47,739 nucleotides of DNA. Origin: Gaiellaceae bacterium. Its GTDB lineage: Bacteria > Actinomycetota > Thermoleophilia > Gaiellales > Gaiellaceae. Under the pieces are notes generated by a model that saw only the letters and a list, made by a program, of their open reading frames with translations, was not told where the DNA came from and made no database searches. The stretch lies in contig DATHAE010000134.1 of NCBI GenBank assembly GCA_035296805.1, positions 1 to 47,739 on the forward strand. The letters run 5' to 3'. Position 1 is the first letter of the stretch. Each line of letters opens with the position of its first letter. The translations under genes and the position numbers were made by a program. Shown in pieces: positions 1 to 8,084 of the stretch.

Positions 1-590
1 CGCGCGCGCAGCCCGTCGGGGAGCAGCCGCGCGTACGGGTCGAGCTGAGCCAGGAAGTCCTCGCGGATCGAGAGGACGACGCGCAGCAGCGGGTCGTCAC
101 GGAGCGCGCCGCCGAGGTCCTCGAAGAATCCGGGCCGGTCCTCCCAGCGGTCGGGGTACGCGGTGAAGAGCTCCTCGAACTGGTCGATCACGAGCGCGCG
201 CGGCGCGGGGAAGCCGTCGGAGGTGTCCGGATGCTCGCGCTCTTGCAGGTGGCCGCGGAGCGACGCAGCGCTCGATTCGCCGCCCGCGAGGTGCGAGACG
301 ACGGCGGCGACGAAGACGTTGCGGTCGGCGGCGACCTCCCCCTCGCGCAGGCCGACGACCCGTGCGACCGGGAGCACCTCGCACTCCTGGTCGTGCTCGA
401 GCCGGGCCACAACCGCGGCATTGAGCAGCGAGCTCTTGCCGGCGCCCGACGCCGCGTACAGCAGGACGATCGGGTTCGAGACGATCAGCGCGACGAGATC
501 ATGGATCTCGCGGTCGCGCCCGAAGAAGAAGCGCGCGTCGGCGCTCTCGAAGGGCCGCGGCCCGACGTAGGGGTTCTCGTCAGGCGGCAT
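1..590 (-). CDS. STAND-class P-loop NTPase, N-terminal 196 aa only (gene continues past the left edge of the window)
   Basis: Not in the ORF track because there is no stop inside the window. My own minus-strand translation from ATG 590-588 gives MPPDENPYVGPRPFESADARFFFGRDREIHDLVALIVSNPIVLLYAASGAGKSSLLNAAVV...RALVIDQFEELF...VLSIREDFLAQLDPY. Walker A (SGAGKS) lies at 432-452 and a Walker B-like hhhhDQFEE at 171-197. The N-terminal NPYxGxxxF...FFGRDxE signature is typical of STAND/NACHT-like NTPases. The ATG overlaps the 3' end of the upstream SIR2-like gene by 11 nt. Confidence 0.8.
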   Translation of the reverse strand, partial: MPPDENPYVGPRPFESADARFFFGRDREIHDLVALIVSNPIVLLYAASGAGKSSLLNAAVVARLEHDQECEVLPVARVVGLREGEVAADRNVFVAAVVSHLAGGESSAASLRGHLQEREHPDTSDGFPAPRALVIDQFEELFTAYPDRWEDRPGFFEDLGGALRDDPLLRVVLSIREDFLAQLDPYARLLPDGLRA

Positions 591-1647
591 GGGTCTCGGC
601 TGCGTGCTCGACCCATTTCTGGCGCAGCGTCTCCGCGAACTCGCTCGCGTCGCCCCAGTACACGATCACGCTCATCGCGTTGAAGTAGCGGCCGAGGTAG
701 GTGCGTGCCGTCTCGGAGTCGCGCGGCGGCAGTTGCACGGCGACGCTCAGGCGGCGCAGGCCCGGGGGTGAGGTGGCGACGAGGCCGCGGTGCAAGACGC
801 GGAAGTTGGCGTCGGCGAGGCTGTAGCCGAGGAAGAGCAGCGACGTGCTCGCGAGCGCGCTCTGGACCTGCAGCGGCAGCACGTTCTGGCGCCGCGAGAC
901 CGAGACGAGGAAGTCGAGGTAGTCGTCCTCGGTGAGCACGATCGACTCGGGCACGTCGAGCGTCCCGTGGAGGTGGTAAACGACGGGCTCGTCGACCGAC
1001 GGCACGAAACCGCCGGCGGCGTCGAACACGCTCGGAGTGCCGTCGAGGAAGTCGTTCCAGCGGCAGAGCTCGCGGTGCGGCGTCTTGCCCGCGCGGCGGA
1101 GCGCCTGGACCATGAAGTCGTCGTAGTTCGTCGTCACGAAGATGCGGATCGGAAGCTCCGCGAGCACCGCATGCGGCTCGCCCGGGCGGTCGAAGTCGGG
1201 CGGTCCGATCCCGCGCAGCTCGCTGCAGATCTTCTCCTTCGGCCACATCGGATCGCCGTTCACGCTCACGAACTGCGCCACGCGCGGCAGGTCCCAGTCG
1301 TCGTCCAGCGGGTACCCCTCCTCCTGCGCCCAGCGCCGCGCGACGTCGCCGCCGAGCGGGAGCGTCCCGGCGCACGCGCCGGCGCCGAGGAACGGCGTGC
1401 AGTGACCGCCGCCGACGCGCGCGAGCAGGCGTTGCCATTCGCGTGGCGTGATGTGCGCGTTCAGGGGAGGAACGTTCGCGGCGACAGCTTCGATTGTGCG
1501 CCCGCGACCGGTGCGTTGTCCAGCCTCGAATACGGTTCGGCCGGTGAAGGTGTTCTCCGTGGTCGGGAACCGGCCGCAGTTCGTCAAGTCCGCGCCGCTC
1601 TCGCTCGCGCTTCGCACCGCCGGGATCGAGGAGGTCGTGCTGCACAC
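580..1647 (-). CDS. SIR2-like (SIR2_2 / ThsA-type sirtuin-fold) protein, putative NAD-consuming effector
   Basis: ORF track 580..1647. Motifs are FLGAGAC (1372-1392), VTTNYD (1120-1137) and VYHLHGT (961-981). These match the Rossmann GAG, Asn/Asp and His positions of SIR2_2-family proteins. The conserved part begins near 1440. The only in-frame canonical starts upstream are TTG 1587, GTG 1617 and GTG 1647. All of them overlap the divergent wecB start (1544), so the 5' end is unresolved and the coordinates give the maximal ORF. Confidence 0.8.
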   Translation of the reverse strand: MCSTTSSIPAVRSASESGADLTNCGRFPTTENTFTGRTVFEAGQRTGRGRTIEAVAANVPPLNAHITPREWQRLLARVGGGHCTPFLGAGACAGTLPLGGDVARRWAQEEGYPLDDDWDLPRVAQFVSVNGDPMWPKEKICSELRGIGPPDFDRPGEPHAVLAELPIRIFVTTNYDDFMVQALRRAGKTPHRELCRWNDFLDGTPSVFDAAGGFVPSVDEPVVYHLHGTLDVPESIVLTEDDYLDFLVSVSRRQNVLPLQVQSALASTSLLFLGYSLADANFRVLHRGLVATSPPGLRRLSVAVQLPPRDSETARTYLGRYFNAMSVIVYWGDASEFAETLRQKWVEHAAETHAA

Positions 1648-2575
1648 GGGGCAGCACTGGGACCGCGAGATGTCGCACGTCTTCTTCGACGAGCTCGGCC
1701 TCGCCGAGCCGCGCTACCGCCTCGACCTGCACACGCGCGACGTGGACGCGATGCGAGCTCCGATCGGAGAGGCGGTCGCGCGGGAGCACCCCGACTGGCT
1801 GCTCGTGTACGGCGACACGAACTCGACCCGCGCCGGCGCCGAGGCCGCGGGCAAGGTGCCGGTCGCGCACGTCGAGGCAGGGCTGCGCAGCTTCGACCTC
1901 TCGATGCCCGAGGAGCACAACCGGATCGCCGTCGACCGGACGGCGGCGCTCCTCCTCTGCCCGGACGAACGGTCGGCGCGGCAGCTCGAGTCGGAGGGCG
2001 TACGCGGGCGCCGCGAGGTCGTCGGCGACGTGATGGCCGACGCGACGCGCGTCTTCGCACCGATTGCGCGCGAGCGGTCGTGCGTGCTCGACCGGCTCGG
2101 CCTCCGCCCCCGTGAGTACGTGCTGGCGACGATCCACCGCGAGGGGAACGTCACGACCGCCGATCGACTGAAGGCGATCGCACACGGGCTCGCGTCGCTC
2201 GAGAACCGCGTCGTCTTCCCCGCACACCCACGGACGCGCGCGGCCCTCGAGCGCCTCGGCCTCGACCTCCCGACGATCGAGCCGCTCGGCTACCTCGACT
2301 TCGCGGCGCTCGCGTCGCAGGCGAGGACGATCGTCACCGACTCGGGCGGGCTCCAGAAGGAGGCGTACTGGTACCGCGTCCCGTGCGTCACGGTGCGGTC
2401 CTCGACCGAGTGGGTCGATACCGTGGCGGCCGGCGCGAACGTCCTCGTCGAGCCGGACGAGATCTCGCCGGCGGTCACCGCGGCGCGGTTTCCGAAGGAC
2501 GTACCGCCGCTCTATGGCGACGGCCACGCGAGCGAGCGCGTCGCAGCCGCTCTGTACGCTACGCCGCCGTCATGA
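1544..2575 (+). CDS. wecB: UDP-N-acetylglucosamine 2-epimerase, non-hydrolysing (WecB/WbpI type)
   Basis: ORF 1448..2575 trimmed to GTG 1544 (VKVFSVVGNRPQFVKSAP...), which matches the canonical N-terminus of this family. Motifs HTGQH, HVEAGLRS and DSGGLQKEA are present. Stop TGA 2573-2575 overlaps the next ATG (ATGA). Confidence 0.9.
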   Translation: MKVFSVVGNRPQFVKSAPLSLALRTAGIEEVVLHTGQHWDREMSHVFFDELGLAEPRYRLDLHTRDVDAMRAPIGEAVAREHPDWLLVYGDTNSTRAGAEAAGKVPVAHVEAGLRSFDLSMPEEHNRIAVDRTAALLLCPDERSARQLESEGVRGRREVVGDVMADATRVFAPIARERSCVLDRLGLRPREYVLATIHREGNVTTADRLKAIAHGLASLENRVVFPAHPRTRAALERLGLDLPTIEPLGYLDFAALASQARTIVTDSGGLQKEAYWYRVPCVTVRSSTEWVDTVAAGANVLVEPDEISPAVTAARFPKDVPPLYGDGHASERVAAALYATPPS

Positions 2576-3828
2576 CCTGGGACGTCGCAGTCATCGGCGC
2601 CGGCTACGTCGGCGTCCCCCTCGCGTATACCTTCGCCGACGCCGGAAAGCGCGTCCTGCTCGTCGACGTGCAGCCCGGCCTCGTCGAGGCGCTCAATCGC
2701 GGAGAGAGCCACATCGAGGACGTCCCCTCGGAGAAGCTGAAGCCGTTCACGGACTCGGGCGCGATCACGGCGACGACCGACTACGAGCAGCTGAGGAACG
2801 CGCGAGCCGTCCTGATCGCGCTGCCGACGCCGCTGTCGATGCAGCGCGAGCCGGATCTCTCGATCATCGAGGGAGCAGCGCGGACATTTGCACCGTTCGT
2901 GCAGCGCGACCAGGTGATCGTGCTCGAGTCGACGACGTGGCCGGGAACGACCCGCGAGGTGCTGCAGCCGATCCTCGAGGAGGGCAGCGGCCTGAAGGCC
3001 GGCGACGACTTCCACCTCGCGATGTCTCCCGAGCGCGTCGACCCGGGCCGCGAGGACTGGACGACGAAGACCACGCCGAAGATCGTCGGTGGGATGACCG
3101 CTGCGTGCGGTGAGGCGGCGGCGGATGTGTACCGCGGCGCCATGGACACCGTGCACGTCGTCTCGACCCCGGACGCGGCGGAGCTCTCGAAGCTGCTCGA
3201 GAACATCTTCCGCGCCGTCAACATCGCGCTCGTCAACGAGCTCGCACAGCTCACGGACAGGATGAACATCGACGTCTGGGAGGTGGTCGAGGCCGCGGCG
3301 ACGAAGCCGTTCGGCTTCATGTCGTTCAAGCCCGGGCCCGGCCTCGGCGGCCACTGCATCCCGATCGACCCCTTTTACCTCACGTGGAAGGCGCGCGAGT
3401 TCGACTTCTCGACCCGCTTCATCGAGCTCGCGGGCGAGGTGAACAACAACATGCCGTACTTCTGCCGCTCCGTGATCTCGCAGGCGATGAACCACGGCGC
3501 GCGGAAGTCGCTCAGCGGCTCGCGGATCCTCGTCCTCGGCGTCGCCTACAAGGCCGACATCGGCGACATGCGCGAGTCTCCCGCGGAGAAGATCATCCAC
3601 CTGCTGCAGAACGCCGGCGCGAATGTCGACTACCACGACCCGCACGTGCCGCAGTTCGACGGCCGCCGCTCCGTCGCGCTCCGCCCGGAGGACTACGACT
3701 GCGTCGCGATCGTGACCGCGCACTCGTCGGTCGACTACGGCGACGTCGTGCGGCGCGCGAACCTCGTCGTCGACTTCCGCAACGCGACCAAGGGACACGA
3801 GGTCGACGGCAAGGTCTGGAAGCTGTGA
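2572..3828 (+). CDS. UDP-N-acetyl-D-hexosamine 6-dehydrogenase (nucleotide-sugar dehydrogenase, WecC/WbpA family)
   Basis: ORF 2383..3828 trimmed to ATG 2572 (MTWDVAVIGAGYVGVPLA, an NAD Rossmann motif). The catalytic-Cys motif GLGGHCIPIDP is present, followed by LTWKA and a C-terminal UDP-binding domain (GVAYKADIGDMRESP). GTGA overlap with the next gene. Confidence 0.9.
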   Translation: MTWDVAVIGAGYVGVPLAYTFADAGKRVLLVDVQPGLVEALNRGESHIEDVPSEKLKPFTDSGAITATTDYEQLRNARAVLIALPTPLSMQREPDLSIIEGAARTFAPFVQRDQVIVLESTTWPGTTREVLQPILEEGSGLKAGDDFHLAMSPERVDPGREDWTTKTTPKIVGGMTAACGEAAADVYRGAMDTVHVVSTPDAAELSKLLENIFRAVNIALVNELAQLTDRMNIDVWEVVEAAATKPFGFMSFKPGPGLGGHCIPIDPFYLTWKAREFDFSTRFIELAGEVNNNMPYFCRSVISQAMNHGARKSLSGSRILVLGVAYKADIGDMRESPAEKIIHLLQNAGANVDYHDPHVPQFDGRRSVALRPEDYDCVAIVTAHSSVDYGDVVRRANLVVDFRNATKGHEVDGKVWKL

Positions 3829-4799
3829 CGAAGCTCGGCCAGGTCGGCCTCGGCTACTGGGGCAAGAACCTCGTGCGGAACTTCGACGAGCTGGCCGAGC
3901 TGACGTGGCTGTGCGACTCGGCGCCCGACCTGCGCGAGGAGTTCGCGCGGCGCCACCCGCAGGCGCGCGTGACCGAATCGTTCGACGACGTGCTCGCTGA
4001 CGACGGCGTCGAGGCGGTCGTGATCGCGACCCCGGTGCCGACCCACCACGAGCTGGCGCTCCGCGCGCTCGAGGCGGGCAAGCACGTGTTCGTCGAGAAG
4101 CCGCCGGCGATGCGCGAGACGGAGATGGACGAGCTGGTCGCGGCAGCGGAGGAGCGGCACCTGACGCTCATGCCTGGGCACCTGCTCCTCTACCACCCCG
4201 GCGTGCTCAAGCTGAAGGAGCTCGTCGACGCGGGCGAGCTCGGCGAGGTTCTGTGCGTCTACGGCAACCGCCAGAACCTCGGGATCATCCGCCAGAACGA
4301 GAACGCGCTCTGGTCGCTCGGCGTGCACGACCTGTCCGTGATCCTCTACCTCGTGGGCGAGGACCCGGTCGAGGCGGTCGCGCACGGCCGCGACTTCCTC
4401 ACGCCGGGAGTCGAGGACGTCGTCTTCTGCTACCTCCGCTTCCCGTCGGGGAAGATCGCGCACATGCACCTGTCGTGGCTCGACCCGCACAAGATGCGGA
4501 AGATGACCGTGGTCGGGACCGAGAAGATGGCGGTGTTCGACGACATGGAGCTCGAGCGCAAGGTCACGATCTACGACAAGGCGCCCGAGCAGCCGTCGGC
4601 GACCTACGGCGAGTGGCGCACGCGGACCGGCGACATCTTCAGCCCGAAGATCCCGAACACCGAGCCGTTGCGCCTCGAGTGCCAGGCGTTCCTCGACCTC
4701 GTCGGCGGCGACGGCGCCGACCGCTCGCGCGTCGCGCGCGACGGCGCCCGCGTGGTGCGCGCGCTCGACATGCTGACGGAGTCGCTGCGTGGCGGCTGA
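3825..4799 (+). CDS. Gfo/Idh/MocA-family NAD-dependent oxidoreductase (WbpB-like UDP-sugar 3-oxidase candidate)
   Basis: ORF 3384..4799 trimmed to GTG 3825 (VTKLGQVGLGYWGKNLVRNF...). It has the N-terminal Rossmann fold, the EKP motif (HVFVEKPPA) and a C-terminal alpha/beta domain. It sits in an operon with the dehydrogenase and acetyltransferase. Confidence 0.85.
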   Translation: MTKLGQVGLGYWGKNLVRNFDELAELTWLCDSAPDLREEFARRHPQARVTESFDDVLADDGVEAVVIATPVPTHHELALRALEAGKHVFVEKPPAMRETEMDELVAAAEERHLTLMPGHLLLYHPGVLKLKELVDAGELGEVLCVYGNRQNLGIIRQNENALWSLGVHDLSVILYLVGEDPVEAVAHGRDFLTPGVEDVVFCYLRFPSGKIAHMHLSWLDPHKMRKMTVVGTEKMAVFDDMELERKVTIYDKAPEQPSATYGEWRTRTGDIFSPKIPNTEPLRLECQAFLDLVGGDGADRSRVARDGARVVRALDMLTESLRGG

Positions 4800-5439
4800 G
4801 GTCCACCCGACGGCGACGGTCTACCCCGGGACGGTGCTCGGCGAAGGTGCGAAGGTGCTCGAGAACGCCGTCGTCGGGAAGCAGCCGACGCTCTCGCCGC
4901 GCTCGACCGCGAAGCGCGAGCCGCTTCCGCCGGCGGAGATCGGCGACGGGACGATCGTCTCGACCGGCGCGATCCTCTTCGCCGGGACGCGGCTCGGCGC
5001 GCGCGTGATCCTGGGCGACCAGGCGTGCGTGCGCGAGCGCTGCGTGATCGGGGACGACGTCGTGGTCGGCCGCGGCTCGCTGGTCGAGAACGACACGACG
5101 ATCGGAGCGCTGACGAAGATCCAGGCGGACGCGTACGTGACCGCGTACTCGACGCTCGAGGAGAACGTGTTCATCGCGCCGTGCGTCGTGACGACGAACG
5201 ACGACTTCATGGGGCGGACGGAGCGCCGCCACGACCGGATCAAGGGGCCGACGATCCGACGCGGCGCGCGCATCGGCGGCGGCGCGATCCTCCTCCCCGG
5301 AGTGGAGATCGGCGAGGAGGCGTTCGTCGGCGCCGGGGCGGTGGTGACGAAGGACGTCCCGCCGCGCAAGCTCGTCGTCGGCAATCCGGCGCGCGTCCTG
5401 CGCGACGTGCCGGACGACGAGCTGCTCGAGAGCCAGTAG
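4789..5439 (+). CDS. Hexapeptide-repeat (left-handed beta-helix) N-acetyltransferase, WbpD-like
   Basis: ORF track 4789..5439 with a GTG start that overlaps the preceding gene by 11 nt. Repeated [LIV]G-x4 hexapeptide pattern (IGDGTIV, LGARVILGD, IGDDVVVGRGS, IGGGAILLPGVEIGEEAFVGAGAVV). Confidence 0.85.
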   Translation: MAAEVHPTATVYPGTVLGEGAKVLENAVVGKQPTLSPRSTAKREPLPPAEIGDGTIVSTGAILFAGTRLGARVILGDQACVRERCVIGDDVVVGRGSLVENDTTIGALTKIQADAYVTAYSTLEENVFIAPCVVTTNDDFMGRTERRHDRIKGPTIRRGARIGGGAILLPGVEIGEEAFVGAGAVVTKDVPPRKLVVGNPARVLRDVPDDELLESQ

Positions 5440-5454
5440 CGGCGGCGGCTCCCG

Positions 5455-6441
5455 TCAGTTGATCCTGCAGCGGCCGGTCGGGCCGGCGAGCTCGCGCTGC
5501 AGCGTGTTCATTCGCGCCTCCAGCGCGACGTGCGCCGGGTTCGACGGCTCGAAGTCCGGCAGACCCGCGCCCTCCCAGGTGACGAGCGGCGTCACGCCGG
5601 GACCCTTCGCCGTCACGCGGTAGCGCGTGCCGTTGCCCTCGGGGCGCGTGCCGACGTCGGGGTAGCCCCCGTACGGCGCGTGCGGGTAGAAGCCGTAGCA
5701 GAAGCTCCCGCTCCCGGTCTGCGCCAGGAAGCTGTTCTCGCGCCTCCACCCGGCGCCGTAGGCGGAGTCGAACGTATCGAGGAAGACGTTGCGGCCGAAC
5801 GAGTCGAGCGGCACGCCGGTCGACGTCGACCGGAACCCGTACACCGGCAGGCCGCGATAGGTGTAGCGGCCGAACAGATGGTGGAAGTGCTTCGGGTACA
5901 CCCAGTCCGTGTAGATCCCGAGCTTCGCGAGCTCGCCACTCCAGTGCGAGAGGTGCAGCTCGTGAACGCCGAGCTTTCGCGTCCAGGGCGCGAGGCCGAG
6001 GTTCGGCAGCATCCGCTGCCACGACTGGAGCGCCCAGTACGAGCCGTCGGGCGCCTTGCACGCAGCGACGAACCACGCGAGCGCGGGGCCGTCGTAGCGG
6101 CGGCATCTGTTCAGAAACGAGGAGGCATACGACGGCGCGCGGTACTTGCCCCAGCCGCCGGCGTAGTCGAGCCGGAAGGAGACCTGCGCGCGCGCGGTCG
6201 TCGGCGCAATCGCGTTCACGGCGCCCCACGCGAGCAGCTTCCTCGCCCTCCCGGCCTCCGTGTAGGAGACGAGCGCCTCCCCTTTCGCGTTCACGCGAAG
6301 CGTCACGTTCGTCGCGTCGCGCGCGAGAATCTCGCTCGCCGCCGCGCGCTGCGCCGCCACGGCGAACGCGCAGGCGGCGGCCGCGAGAACGAGGACGCTC
6401 CTCGCGCACGCGCACGCCTTCGCCGCAGATCCGCCTCCCAT
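5455..6441 (-). CDS. Secreted hypothetical protein (signal peptide, no domain I recognise)
   Basis: ORF track 5455..6441. It has a hydrophobic N-terminus (SVLVLAAAACAFAVAAQRAAA) and a Trp/Tyr/Gly-rich mature part. It lies 38 nt downstream of the S8 protease gene on the same strand. Confidence 0.7.
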   Translation of the reverse strand: MGGGSAAKACACARSVLVLAAAACAFAVAAQRAAASEILARDATNVTLRVNAKGEALVSYTEAGRARKLLAWGAVNAIAPTTARAQVSFRLDYAGGWGKYRAPSYASSFLNRCRRYDGPALAWFVAACKAPDGSYWALQSWQRMLPNLGLAPWTRKLGVHELHLSHWSGELAKLGIYTDWVYPKHFHHLFGRYTYRGLPVYGFRSTSTGVPLDSFGRNVFLDTFDSAYGAGWRRENSFLAQTGSGSFCYGFYPHAPYGGYPDVGTRPEGNGTRYRVTAKGPGVTPLVTWEGAGLPDFEPSNPAHVALEARMNTLQRELAGPTGRCRIN

Positions 6442-6479
6442 CGGACGCGTCCGACCCTAACGCCTCCGGATGGGAAATC

Positions 6480-8084
6480 CTAGTGGGCGGGCTGTGAGTT
6501 CTTCGTCGCGAGCGCGAGCGTGTAGAGCGCGGGGATCGTCGTCGCGCCGAGCACCTTCACCTCGACGTACCAGCGGCCCGTCACCGGCACGGTGTAGGCG
6601 ATCCGCTCCTGCGCGCCGACCCGCGCCGACTGCGCCGCAAGCAGCGAGCGCGACGCGGTGACGCCCTCGACGCGCTGCGTACCGGGCCGCCACAGCGTCA
6701 TCTTCATCCCGATCCGGCCGGGCCGCGTCAGCCGCGCAAAGACCCGCTGACCCTTGCGCAGCTGCACCGAGTAGACGTCGATCCGGTCGTCCCAGTAGTC
6801 GACGGTCGCGACGATCGAGCGGGGCGGGCCGAACGCGCGCGCCCACCCGCCCGCCTCGTCGTTGGGCTCGAAGCCGTCCCGGTGCGGGAGCGCCGACCCG
6901 GCGGTGAGGCGGTTGAGCGCCGCGAGCACGTTCAGGCTCCCCCACCCGGAGAGCGCGTCGCGGCCGTTGGCGCAGTTCGGACAGCCGTTGGAGGGGTTGA
7001 CGTCGTCGGCGCTCCGCTCGAGCAGCCACGCCACCTGCTCCGGCTTCAGCGCCGGGTTCTGGCCGATGAGGAGCGCGGCCGCAGCCGCCACCTGCGGCGC
7101 CGAGAACGAGGTGCCGATCGCGTTCTGGAACTCAAACGGCCCGCAGTCGGAGTAGGGGCCCGCGACACAACCGGCCGTGGCGCGTTGGCGCGGAATCGTC
7201 GAGTAGATCGCGTCCCCGGGCGCGGTGACGTCGTTGTAGATCGAGTCGCGGTTCGAGTACTCGGGGATCGACCCATCCTGGCGCAGCGCGCTGACACCGA
7301 TCACGTGCGGCAGCGCCGCCGGGTAGTTTGCGTTGTTCCACGGCGTCGCCGGCGACTGCGAGCCGTTCCCCACCGCCGCGACGACGACTGCGCCGCGCGC
7401 GTAGGCGTAGTTGACCGCGGCCTGCTCGAGCGGCGAGTACGTGTCGGCCTTCGGGTTCTGCGGGTCGCGCACGCCGCCGAGGCTGAGGTTGATCACGCGC
7501 GCGCCCTGGTCGACGGCCCAGCGGATTGCCTCCACCTCGCCCTGCAGCGAGACCGAGCCGTCGGGCTGCACCACCTTCGCCACGACGAGTCGCGCGTTGA
7601 CGCCGATTCCGGCGATCCCCTCGCCGTTGAAGGGGTTGGCAGCGATCTCGCCCGCCACGAAGGTGCCGTGGCCCTCGGTGTCGTCGTAGGGCGAGCCGCC
7701 GACGAAGCTCTTCGCCGCGACGACGCGACCGAAGAACTCCGGGTGGCCGCCGTCGATCCCGGAGTCGATCACGGCCACGCGCGTCGTGAAGAGCTTCGGC
7801 GGCTCGGCCCAGAACTCCCACGCGTGGTCGCGCTGGAGGTACCACTGCTTCGCGGCGAGCGGCTCCGTGTTGTCGAACGCGAGGCGCCGCTTGCCGTCGA
7901 GCCGCTCCACGAACGCCGCCCCCGGCACACGCGGACGCGTGGGCGATTCGAGGACGACGGCCTTCCCGGGCACGATCGTCCTCGCGCCGGGAAGCGAGGG
8001 GACGCCGACGGCCCAGGTGCCGGCAGCGGCACTGCTCGGCGCGCCGAGCGCCACAACGGCGACTGCGAGCGCGACCCGTCTCAT
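6480..8084 (-). CDS. Secreted subtilisin-like serine protease (peptidase S8) with a C-terminal pre-peptidase/PPC-like domain
   Basis: Giant ORF 6480..10073 trimmed to ATG 8084 (MRRVALAVAVVALGAPSSAAA, a signal peptide). Catalytic triad motifs are VAVIDSGID (Asp), HGTFVAGEIA (His) and GTSFSAPQVAAAAAL (Ser). The ATG overlaps the SpoIID gene stop (ATGA). Confidence 0.9.
   Translation of the reverse strand: MRRVALAVAVVALGAPSSAAAGTWAVGVPSLPGARTIVPGKAVVLESPTRPRVPGAAFVERLDGKRRLAFDNTEPLAAKQWYLQRDHAWEFWAEPPKLFTTRVAVIDSGIDGGHPEFFGRVVAAKSFVGGSPYDDTEGHGTFVAGEIAANPFNGEGIAGIGVNARLVVAKVVQPDGSVSLQGEVEAIRWAVDQGARVINLSLGGVRDPQNPKADTYSPLEQAAVNYAYARGAVVVAAVGNGSQSPATPWNNANYPAALPHVIGVSALRQDGSIPEYSNRDSIYNDVTAPGDAIYSTIPRQRATAGCVAGPYSDCGPFEFQNAIGTSFSAPQVAAAAALLIGQNPALKPEQVAWLLERSADDVNPSNGCPNCANGRDALSGWGSLNVLAALNRLTAGSALPHRDGFEPNDEAGGWARAFGPPRSIVATVDYWDDRIDVYSVQLRKGQRVFARLTRPGRIGMKMTLWRPGTQRVEGVTASRSLLAAQSARVGAQERIAYTVPVTGRWYVEVKVLGATTIPALYTLALATKNSQPAH

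Noticed and set aside
485-2527. A 680-aa minus-strand ORF spanning the SIR2-like and wecB genes.
   Set aside because: The translation is Arg/Pro/Ala-rich low complexity with no motifs. It is out of frame or antisense to two genes that have clear family signatures. This is a typical GC-rich open-frame artefact. The same reasoning applies to 790..2115, 1584..2060, 1714..2154 and similar ORFs.
1-5454. The SIR2-STAND pair as cargo of a mobile element or genomic island with defined borders.
   Set aside because: No integrase, transposase, tRNA gene, direct repeats or obvious compositional break is visible on the right side, and the left side is off-window. Island status cannot be supported from this sequence.
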